Below, piece after piece: positions 56,602 through 64,000 of a stretch of 64,000 nt of DNA. Position numbers and translations under genes: made by a program. Every line of letters begins with the position of its first letter. Within the stretch, counting starts at the first letter, position 1. Under the pieces are notes generated by a model that ran no database searches, was not told the DNA's origin, and saw only the letters and a program-made list of their open reading frames with translations. Location of the stretch: NCBI GenBank assembly GCA_035510575.1, contig DATKGV010000004.1, forward strand, positions 88,419 to 152,418. The letters are read 5' to 3'. The DNA comes from Minisyncoccota bacterium (GTDB lineage: Bacteria; Patescibacteriota; Minisyncoccia; Phycocordibacterales; UBA9973).

Positions 56602-58860
56602 TCAAATCTTATATTTTCTCAAAATCAAAACAATTGAGAGCGCAACTATAGAAAGACCGGAGAGCATGATTATATTTTCAGCAGTATTTTCATCATAAGG
56701 TGGAAATCCCGTGTTCGGCAATTTCGGAGCAACATTGGCCACCACGACGGTAACAATGGCGAAGTCTTTCGCCGAGAGGCCATTAGCATCGCCTTCCGCT
56801 GTGATAGTATTTGTGGTTGTTTTGGCGAGATTCATGCTGCATGTGTACGTCCATGTTTCAGCAGGATCAAGCTTGGCGTCGCCATTCATATCGCCGGAGA
56901 TATATTTTACTGAATTACATTTATCATCAGCAAGGCGTATATTGCTTAAAGCAACAGTTCCCGGATTAGTGACTGTGTTAGTGTATGTAACCATTCCCCC
57001 AAGGGTGGCCAACAAGATCGGGCTTGGAATTTTCGTCACATGAATTAAAGGCGGTACCACTGATACCCCGACAACAACAGTGGCGCTTGCAATATCAATT
57101 GCAGAGATGCCATTGGCCCATCCGGTCGCGACAACGGTGTTTGTTTGAGTTTTTGAGAGCACCGCCGTGCAGTGATAAATCCATGTTTCATTCACATCAA
57201 GTTTGGCATTTGCATTAGCGTCTCCGGAAGATAGAATTATCGGACTGCACGCATCTCCAGTCATCGTTATGTTGGCTACTGGAACTGTTCCAATATTGCG
57301 AAGCGTGTAAGTGTATGTTACCGGGCCGGGACCGGCCGGCAAAGATAGAGGACTTGGTACTTTGACTAAATCAATAAGAGGCGGCATAGGCAAGACGATA
57401 CCTCCGCTTCCCGATATGGGTGGAGCCGATGGCGCAACATAGGTATTAGTGATAGTGCAGGTTTTTGGGGTGCCTAGAGTAAGAGTCACGATGCCATTGG
57501 GACAAAAGCCGGAGAATGTCGTCAGATAATTCGGGTTGGAGGTTTCAGTTACAGTATACGCCGCGGGCGCGTTAAAACTATTAGTGTCTCCGGAAGCAAC
57601 CGGCGAACCATTAACAAACAGCGGAAAGTCGGCAATACCTTTAGTTCCGCCGACTATCACATTGATAACAGTAATTGTCTCGGTTGTGGGAGTAATAATA
57701 TAAGTGTTAGCGATAGTGCAAGTCGCGTTGTCGCCATTGGCAAGAGCTATTGAATTGCTTATAACTGCTCCCCCGCCGTTTTTTATGCAGGAATAAGCGC
57801 TTGCAGTGTAGCCAGAAGGCCCGCCGTTCTCAGCAAGAGTGTAAGTATCGGCTTTAAATGCAGCATTGCTGTCAACAGGCGTAGTGCCTGTCAAGTTGGT
57901 TGGTGATCCTAAAATGCCAGTTGCAGTAAGAGTCCAAGCAGTGTTCGATGCCGTGCCGCCGCCAGTATTATCTACTGTCTTTCTAAGATGAAGGAACGGG
58001 GCGATATCGTTGTCAGTAATTGTGCATGTGTAAGTCGCGCCTGAAACTGCATTACCAATCGTGCAATCGGTGCTTGAACTGGCGCTATATCCGCTTGGAC
58101 CGCCGCTCTCGGCAACGCTATATGCTTTGCCGGCTTGCAATGCGTATGTAGAACCCAATTCAGTGCCTGATGCACTGCCGCCAGTCCCGCCATTCGACGA
58201 GGTAACTGCCAGCGTCCAAGCGTTCGCAACCGCCGCGCCGCCATTGTCATTAATAACATGCTTAATAACATTAAGAGTGATAGGGGCATCCGCAACAGTT
58301 ATCGTAGGCGGATTGCTAATGGGTGTAACTGCGCCGGCGCCAATATCAACAGCAGTGCCTATAGCAAGAGCTGTCGGCCCCATTGCTGCAGGAGATTGCC
58401 CTTGATATGTAAGAGTGATTGAATCGGGAGGCGTAAATCCAGTTGCGCAAGTTGTTGTGACATCGACTGTAATTACTTGGCCGGAAGCAATGGTTAAACC
58501 AGCATCGGGAGTATTAACTGTACAAGTGCCGCCGTTGCTGCTGCCAGTCGCTGTGACGGACCATTTGCCGTCAGCATCTACAAGTCCTGCGTTTGCGACA
58601 GGATTAGTGTTTGGCGCAGTAAAGCCAGCCGGAATAGTAAAGGTCGGATTTTGAGCGTTGGCAGTTATTCCAGACACGCCAATCGTTAAAACTATGGTAA
58701 ATTTATGCGAGGTTGCCGTCGTGACAGTCACATTTCCGCCAGGCGCGCTGCCATCTATCGTTGCCGTACCTTGGCCGCCTACAGCTTGCCCAATATTGGG
58801 GAAAATAAAACTAAGCGTTAGAAGAAGAATGAGTACAATTTTTGAATGATTATATTCCAT
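56602..58860 (-). CDS. LPXTG-anchored surface protein with DUF11-type repeats
   Basis: Signal peptide (cleavage near GQA). Repeated VTYTYT..N.GT..L.N....D..C blocks. C-terminal LPNTG plus a TM plus RKYKI. Confidence 0.75.
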   Translation of the reverse strand: MEYNHSKIVLILLLTLSFIFPNIGQAVGGQGTATIDGSAPGGNVTVTTATSHKFTIVLTIGVSGITANAQNPTFTIPAGFTAPNTNPVANAGLVDADGKWSVTATGSSNGGTCTVNTPDAGLTIASGQVITVDVTTTCATGFTPPDSITLTYQGQSPAAMGPTALAIGTAVDIGAGAVTPISNPPTITVADAPITLNVIKHVINDNGGAAVANAWTLAVTSSNGGTGGSASGTELGSTYALQAGKAYSVAESGGPSGYSASSSTDCTIGNAVSGATYTCTITDNDIAPFLHLRKTVDNTGGGTASNTAWTLTATGILGSPTNLTGTTPVDSNAAFKADTYTLAENGGPSGYTASAYSCIKNGGGAVISNSIALANGDNATCTIANTYIITPTTETITVINVIVGGTKGIADFPLFVNGSPVASGDTNSFNAPAAYTVTETSNPNYLTTFSGFCPNGIVTLTLGTPKTCTITNTYVAPSAPPISGSGGIVLPMPPLIDLVKVPSPLSLPAGPGPVTYTYTLRNIGTVPVANITMTGDACSPIILSSGDANANAKLDVNETWIYHCTAVLSKTQTNTVVATGWANGISAIDIASATVVVGVSVVPPLIHVTKIPSPILLATLGGMVTYTNTVTNPGTVALSNIRLADDKCNSVKYISGDMNGDAKLDPAETWTYTCSMNLAKTTTNTITAEGDANGLSAKDFAIVTVVVANVAPKLPNTGFPPYDENTAENIIMLSGLSIVALSIVLILRKYKI

Positions 58861-60311
58861 ATGGTACTTTCTTCTTTAGGAGGAAAACCTGTTTTAGGCA
58901 ATTTCGGCGGAGTTACCGCGACCGTAGCAAGTGAGAAGTCGGTGGCTATCAAACCATTAGCGGTTCCATAAGCTACTCCAGTATTTGTCGTTGTCTGTGT
59001 AAGATTTGTTTGGCAGGTGAAAGACCATGATTCATTGCTTTCAAGAAGATCATTTTTATTAAGATCTCCGGGATGTCCTACGACACGGCCTGGCAATCCA
59101 GTACATTTGTCATCAGTAATAGTAACATTGCTTAATGGCGCAGTACCGGGATTTGTTACTGTATATGTGTAAGTAACTGCTCCACCGCCGGCTGGAAGAA
59201 GGAAAACGCTGGGCTTTTTTACTACATGAATCAATGGAGGTATTATCGGCACGCCGACGACAACCATTGCATTTGCAGTGTCAATCGCGGTGAATCCATT
59301 GGCTTGACCCGTTGCGGTAGCAGTATTTGCAGTTGTCTGCAAGACAGTCGCCGTACAGCGATACTTCCATGTCTCATTAACATTAAGTTTTGAATCATTA
59401 TTAATGTCGCCCGAAATAAAATTTACTGGAGCGCATTTATCATCAGTAACAGTGACATTGCTCATAGCCACTGTTCCAGTATTTGAAACTGTATAATCAT
59501 ACGCCACTACTCCGCCTCCGGCAGATAATGACAATAAAGTAGGTATTTTTACAATGTTAATAAGCGGCGGAACTTGCGCGACAAGAGGCAGACCGCCTGA
59601 AACTGCCGGCGTTACTGGCGCAGTCGTGCAAAGAGAACTAATAGTATCCGTATCAGTCGTGACTGTATGACCAAATGTTAAAGCTCGTCCAAGCCATGAT
59701 ACCAGATGTCCTACATAAATATCCTGAGCTACAGGAATATCCGTTCCTATGAATGTACTATTTGCACCGAGAGTTGTATCACCATTCGGAGTCCAAAATA
59801 CATCGCAAGATGACGCGCCATTAGCAAGCGCAATAATTGAGTTGGCTCCAGTGGTGATCGCCCCGCCTGATCTGAAAATGTAAGTTCCGGCGCCGCTTAG
59901 AGTTACTGTCGTTCCTAAAGTTATATCCATAGTTCCACTGCTTGAATAACAACCAGGGGTATATGTTCCAGCCAGAAGAACGTTAGTGCCAAGAGAGGTA
60001 CATGACTGGCCATTAAGATTAGCCAAGGCCGTGCCTTGATCTGTTCCCGCTTGTCCAGGAGGAGTAACAACGGTCAAACCAGTAACCGTATCTGTTCCTG
60101 ATCCGCTTAATGTCGTATATCCAAGATCTCCGGTAATAGCCGTTAACCCTACATTACGAGTAAAAGTACTGGAAAGAATACCATAAGGAGCAGCTGTTCC
60201 AAGCGATGGAGTTGTTGCCGCAAGCACAGAACTTGGACTAGTAAAACCAAACATAAACATGAAAGAAACAATTAATGCGATTACTATTGAATTTTTCTTA
60301 AACTTTTTCAT
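58818..60311 (-). CDS. Secreted DUF3494 (ice-binding-like) plus DUF11-repeat protein ending in LPKTG
   Basis: Signal peptide. The LGTAAPYGILS...ITGDLG block is typical of DUF3494. LPKTG lies near the C-terminus but is not followed by a clear TM. The gene overlaps the next one by 43 nt. Confidence 0.7.
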   Translation of the reverse strand: MKKFKKNSIVIALIVSFMFMFGFTSPSSVLAATTPSLGTAAPYGILSSTFTRNVGLTAITGDLGYTTLSGSGTDTVTGLTVVTPPGQAGTDQGTALANLNGQSCTSLGTNVLLAGTYTPGCYSSSGTMDITLGTTVTLSGAGTYIFRSGGAITTGANSIIALANGASSCDVFWTPNGDTTLGANSTFIGTDIPVAQDIYVGHLVSWLGRALTFGHTVTTDTDTISSLCTTAPVTPAVSGGLPLVAQVPPLINIVKIPTLLSLSAGGGVVAYDYTVSNTGTVAMSNVTVTDDKCAPVNFISGDINNDSKLNVNETWKYRCTATVLQTTANTATATGQANGFTAIDTANAMVVVGVPIIPPLIHVVKKPSVFLLPAGGGAVTYTYTVTNPGTAPLSNVTITDDKCTGLPGRVVGHPGDLNKNDLLESNESWSFTCQTNLTQTTTNTGVAYGTANGLIATDFSLATVAVTPPKLPKTGFPPKEESTIWNIIIQKLYSFFF

Positions 60312-60347
60312 ATATTTTTTATTATTATTTATTAATATCGATCATGA

Positions 60348-61430
60348 CTAATTATTTTTTGCTTCAGCATTCATCTTTGCTTTTGTTTTCGCGCCGATAA
60401 GGCCATCAGCGGCTAGACCATGATCCTTTTGCCATTTCTTGATAACAGCAATTGTTTTTGGACCTAGTTTGCCATCAAGCTTTAGATTCATCTTCAAAAC
60501 TTGATTTAAGAATTTTTGAAGTTCCATAACTGCCTGACCTCTACTGCCATTCTTAAGAGTGGCAGATCCAAAGTTATACACAGTTGTAACCCCATTAGTA
60601 GTTGCAGAGACCGAAACATTGTAAACCGTTCCATTATTAGCCGGCGCTGGAGTTACCGCTTGAATGGGAACTACATAAGTTGGCATAGTAACAATGTTTG
60701 AATCCAAAGTGACTGCTGACTGCGCCAATGCCCGACCATTGAGTGTTGCGCCAGTATTCAGCACAATCGTTGTTTGATCTAATATATTCCCATTGAACAC
60801 TGATGTCGTCCCAAGAGTCGTTTGACCTCCTACAATCCAAAAAATATTATTGGCTTGAGCCCCGCCGCTAAGTACAACTTTTGTCGCGGAACTGATATCA
60901 AGATTCTGAGCTATTTGAAAAATCCAGACATCGTTTGCGCTACCAGACAAAGTGACATCTGTTGGTATTGTCACGCCAGTGCTCCATTTATAAATCCCTG
61001 GAGTAATTGTCATCCCGCCGATATTTCCAGCACCCAATTCCGTTGCAGTCGGATTTGTTCTTCCCATACCATCAATGTATGCCGTTTCCATATTACTAAC
61101 TGCAGTAGTTATATTTGCAGGTGTTGGATCGGCATATCCGGGCGCATAAATCTTCCCAGTAACTTGTGCTGAAGTAGAAAATGCGCCGTATGCAGGAAGA
61201 TTTAAACTAAATCCAGTTATATAACTAGCTTCCGCCGGACTAATTCCAACGTCTCCAGTAATTGATGTTGTTCCAGTAGTTGAGACCCCTGTTTTTGCCA
61301 GAATTGCAAAATTACCCGCTGTTCCAAGATTTACCGCTTCTGGGCCGGCCGCAAATGCAATCTTTCCAGACAAATCGAACATAAACATAATAGCCAATGC
61401 AATTATTGAAATCTTACTAAACTTTTTCAT
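60348..61430 (-). CDS. Secreted DUF3494 (ice-binding-like) protein with C-terminal peptidoglycan-binding domain
   Basis: LGTAGNFAILAKTG...ITGDVGISP block. C-terminal PG_binding_1-like segment GQAVMELQKFLN...DGKLGPKT...DGLIGAKT. Confidence 0.7.
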   Translation of the reverse strand: MKKFSKISIIALAIMFMFDLSGKIAFAAGPEAVNLGTAGNFAILAKTGVSTTGTTSITGDVGISPAEASYITGFSLNLPAYGAFSTSAQVTGKIYAPGYADPTPANITTAVSNMETAYIDGMGRTNPTATELGAGNIGGMTITPGIYKWSTGVTIPTDVTLSGSANDVWIFQIAQNLDISSATKVVLSGGAQANNIFWIVGGQTTLGTTSVFNGNILDQTTIVLNTGATLNGRALAQSAVTLDSNIVTMPTYVVPIQAVTPAPANNGTVYNVSVSATTNGVTTVYNFGSATLKNGSRGQAVMELQKFLNQVLKMNLKLDGKLGPKTIAVIKKWQKDHGLAADGLIGAKTKAKMNAEAKNN

Positions 61431-61554
61431 ACATTTTATTTATTATTTAATTAATAATGAGCGACCAAAAAGTGAATATAGAGGGAATTCTCTTTGTCGG
61501 CTTAATTATAACATTTTCCTTTGTATAACCATGGGGATAACTTTCTTATTTTTA

Positions 61555-62241
61555 TCAGTTTTTTATGGGTCTTTGAATAACAAGCTCTTTTTCTGGATTT
61601 TCTAATTTAAGATTATTAACAACCTTTTGGGCTACATATTCTGGATCCATAAAACTATCCCAATCATCGGGCTTAGAATCGCCAAAAATGTTCGTTTTCA
61701 TTCCTCCTGGATATACGGATAAAACTGATATATTATCATTTTCTTCTCGTATTGATTTTGTAAAACCATTGACTGCCCATTTGCTTGCGCAATAAGTTGA
61801 TAATGTTGGTCTTCCTGCCAAAGCGCTAGTTGAAATTATGTTAACAATTGTACCAATTCCTTTTTCTTTCATATACCGCAAAGCAACTCGAGTGCCGTTT
61901 ATTGTTCCAATAACATTTACATCAAACATAGTTCTAACTTTATCCATATCAAAATTTTCTGCAAAATCATTTCCCATCCAAAGCCCGGCATTATTAACCC
62001 AAATATCAATTTGACCGAATTTTTTAATCGTTTCATTCGCAAGAGACGTCAAATCTTCTTCTTTTGTCACATCAGCGCAAATACCAAATGCATCTATTTC
62101 ATTTGCAGTATTTTGTATTTCTTTCTCGTTACTGGAACTTATAACAACCTTTGATCCCTCATTCAAAAAAGCTTGGGCTAGTGCTTTGCCTAATCCTCTT
62201 GATCCGCCCGTTATTATTATGATTTTATCTTTGAGATTCAT
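61555..62241 (-). CDS. SDR-family oxidoreductase
   Basis: TGGSRGLGKA and YCASKWAV (YxxxK) motifs. Confidence 0.85.
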   Translation of the reverse strand: MNLKDKIIIITGGSRGLGKALAQAFLNEGSKVVISSSNEKEIQNTANEIDAFGICADVTKEEDLTSLANETIKKFGQIDIWVNNAGLWMGNDFAENFDMDKVRTMFDVNVIGTINGTRVALRYMKEKGIGTIVNIISTSALAGRPTLSTYCASKWAVNGFTKSIREENDNISVLSVYPGGMKTNIFGDSKPDDWDSFMDPEYVAQKVVNNLKLENPEKELVIQRPIKN

Positions 62242-62289
62242 GACTGCATTATTCTCCCGCCAAAACTTTTAACATAAAATCTAGAATTA

Positions 62290-62694
62290 TTAAATCACTT
62301 TTTGCACTGCATCAAGAATCTTTTTTACTCGTTCAACAAATTCTTCATTAGTTACGCCTTTATGGATATAGTCCGTTACTCCAAAGTCCTTCATCCATTT
62401 GAGCATTTCAATAGGAAGATCTGCGTTTGTAAGAAATACAATTGGAATATCCGCCGCCGGAGAATTCGGCTCATTTTTGATGGAATTGGCTGTTTTGTAG
62501 CCATCCGGTCCAGATGACATGTTGATATCGAGCAAAATAAGATCGGGATGGAGTCGGCGCGCTACCTCTCGCCCTTCGTCACCATCTTTAGCATAAATAA
62601 CTTCATAGCCAGCCCTGCCTAGCAAGCTGCCAAAAAGCCTGCGGCTTACCATATCATCATCAATTATTAAAATGTGCTTAGGCAATGAATCCAT
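62290..62694 (-). CDS. Stand-alone response-regulator receiver domain
   Basis: ILIIDDD...DLILLDINM with the conserved Asp and Lys positions. Confidence 0.8.
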   Translation of the reverse strand: MDSLPKHILIIDDDMVSRRLFGSLLGRAGYEVIYAKDGDEGREVARRLHPDLILLDINMSSGPDGYKTANSIKNEPNSPAADIPIVFLTNADLPIEMLKWMKDFGVTDYIHKGVTNEEFVERVKKILDAVQKVI

Positions 62695-62710
62695 AATTTT
62701 CTTTCGAGTT

Positions 62711-63172
62711 CTATAATTTTATCAAGGGCTTATTAATAGCTAGCCAATAGAGACCCGCCTCACTTAACGCTTTTACAAAATTTGCGGCATCAATCGGCTT
62801 TACAATATAACTATTAACCCCGAGTTTATATGCTTCTTTCAGGTCTCTATCTTCTTGAGATGAGGTTACAATTACGACAGGAATTGTCTTTGTATGTTCA
62901 TTTGCTTTGATTTTAGCTGCCACCTCAAGACCGTTCACTTTTGGCAATTTTAAATCAAGCAAAATAACTTTTAGAGGATTAATAGCGGCATTGCGAATCG
63001 AATATCTCCCAGTACAGAAAATAAACTCAAGAGCTTCTTCGCCGTCCTTTACCCAGTAAATTTTATTGGCAATATTAATTTTGGATAAAGCGCGAGAAAT
63101 AAGCTCAGCATCATTGGGACTATCTTCAACCATCAATACGTCAACTTCATTAATATTCGTTTGATTTTCCAT
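62711..63172 (-). CDS. Stand-alone response-regulator receiver domain
   Basis: [10 protein letters not shown]...[13 protein letters not shown]. Confidence 0.8.
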   Translation of the reverse strand: MENQTNINEVDVLMVEDSPNDAELISRALSKINIANKIYWVKDGEEALEFIFCTGRYSIRNAAINPLKVILLDLKLPKVNGLEVAAKIKANEHTKTIPVVIVTSSQEDRDLKEAYKLGVNSYIVKPIDAANFVKALSEAGLYWLAINKPLIKL

Positions 63173-63206
63173 AATGTGTATTTGATATGCGCTCTTAAAT
63201 TATAAT

Positions 63207-64000
63207 TTATATTTTTGGCAAAGTAAAATAAAAGGTTGCTCCCTCCCCAACCTTTCCTTCCGCCCAGACCTTGCCGCCGTGCCGTTCGATAACGCGCTTG
63301 ACGTTGGCAAGACCCACGCCGGTTCCTTCAAATTCATCGCTGGAATGCAAGCGCTGAAAAACACCAAAAAGTTTAGCAATATATTTCATATCAAAACCAG
63401 CGCCATTGTCTTTCACGAAATATGTAGTGGTAGTATTATCACTACTACTACCAACCTCGATTTTTGGTTTCTCATTTTTACTTGTAAATTTGATGGCATT
63501 TGAAAGGAGATTCGTCCAAACCACACGCATCATATTTATATCCGCTTTGGTATCAGGTATTTTACTTATAATAAATTCTATATCTTTCTCTGGAGTAGCT
63601 TTTTTTAATTCCTTATACACATCGTCAGCAAGAGTATACATAGCAACAGAATTCTTATTCACTTCTTGGCGTCCTAAACGCGAGAAAGATAAAAGGTCAT
63701 CAATGAGTTTTCCCATTTGCACAGTACTTGTTCTAATAACTGAAGCGACTCTTTTACCTTCGTCGTCTAATTTTTCACCGTAATCTTCAACAAGTATTTG
63801 CGTAAATCCATCAATCGCGCGAAGCGGAGCCCGAAGATCATGAGATACTGAGTAACTGAAAGCTTCCATTTCTTTATTTGCTTTCAATGCTTCATCTAAC
63901 GCCAATTTTTCTCTGGCTAGAAGCGGCTTTTCCACAAGATTTCCCATGACAAATATATTTATAAGATAATTCACTAACAGATAAAATAATAGTCCGATAA
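63207..64000 (-). CDS. Sensor histidine kinase (C-terminal part; N-terminus likely beyond the window)
   Basis: H-box SHDLRAPL. HATPase G-box GTGVGLANVKRVIERHGG. Confidence 0.8.
   Translation of the reverse strand, partial: IGLLFYLLVNYLINIFVMGNLVEKPLLAREKLALDEALKANKEMEAFSYSVSHDLRAPLRAIDGFTQILVEDYGEKLDDEGKRVASVIRTSTVQMGKLIDDLLSFSRLGRQEVNKNSVAMYTLADDVYKELKKATPEKDIEFIISKIPDTKADINMMRVVWTNLLSNAIKFTSKNEKPKIEVGSSSDNTTTTYFVKDNGAGFDMKYIAKLFGVFQRLHSSDEFEGTGVGLANVKRVIERHGGKVWAEGKVGEGATFYFTLPKI

Noticed and set aside
61431-61554. Imperfect inverted repeat AGCGACCAAAAAG...CTTTGTCGGCT downstream of the SDR gene
   Set aside because: Several mismatches and no adjacent U-run. It is not convincing as a terminator or REP.
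1-64000. Diversity-generating retroelement, retron or group II intron
   Set aside because: No reverse-transcriptase motif (YxDD) was seen in any ORF. No TR/VR-like near-identical repeat pair with A-specific differences was noticed.
1-64000. tRNA or rRNA genes
   Set aside because: Intergenic spaces are short. None contains a cloverleaf-like GTTC/TTCGAATC T-arm signature or rRNA-like conserved blocks on inspection.

Overview
This is a low-GC, almost entirely minus-strand-coded bacterial window. Core proteins are noticeably short (pheS 257 aa, pheT 630 aa, thrS 576 aa, smc 764 aa), which suggests a reduced Patescibacteria/CPR-like genome. That is an inference from composition and protein lengths only.

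Housekeeping backbone, in coordinate order:
- partial paralog of a Cys-rich protein at the window edge, then rpoC and rpoB;
- a RAYT/IS200-like HUH transposase flanked by cognate palindromes;
- a surface-protein island: a 1859-aa tail-fibre-like giant protein, two cohesin-like anchored proteins and a dockerin protein;
- trmD, a KH protein and rpsP on the minus strand, divergent from rnr;
- a CapA-VanY fusion, then smc, rnc, a NusB-NUDIX fusion and rpmF;
- a compositionally odd hypothetical, thrS, a second RAYT with palindromes, gyrB, pheT/pheS, a UvrD-helicase/Fe-S-nuclease fusion and murI;
- a near-complete de novo purine operon (purB-C-M-E-D ... purN-F-Q-SL), then a NYN protein and an aldo/keto reductase;
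- a sortase with LPXTG/DUF11 and DUF3494 surface proteins, an SDR, and two receiver-only response regulators with a histidine kinase.

The most unusual locus is a 2.4-kb cassette at 46038..48435, inserted between purD and purN. It holds a 579-aa multi-zinc-ribbon Cys-rich protein (low-complexity N/S-rich middle) transcribed divergently from a 160-aa minimal PaaX-like regulator (wHTH plus Cas2-like domain). Three copies of a 34-nt perfect or near-perfect palindrome sit at both ends and in the divergent promoter. A diverged partial paralog of the Cys-rich gene lies just downstream of rpoC at the window start.

Separately, the window carries at least five distinct families of perfect 23-42 nt palindromes (REP-like). 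Several supply the stop codons of trmD and of both RAYT genes. One copy sits in-frame inside RAYT2, and a 42-nt perfect palindrome sits between rpoB and rpoC.

I found no rRNA, tRNA, CRISPR array or reverse transcriptase.
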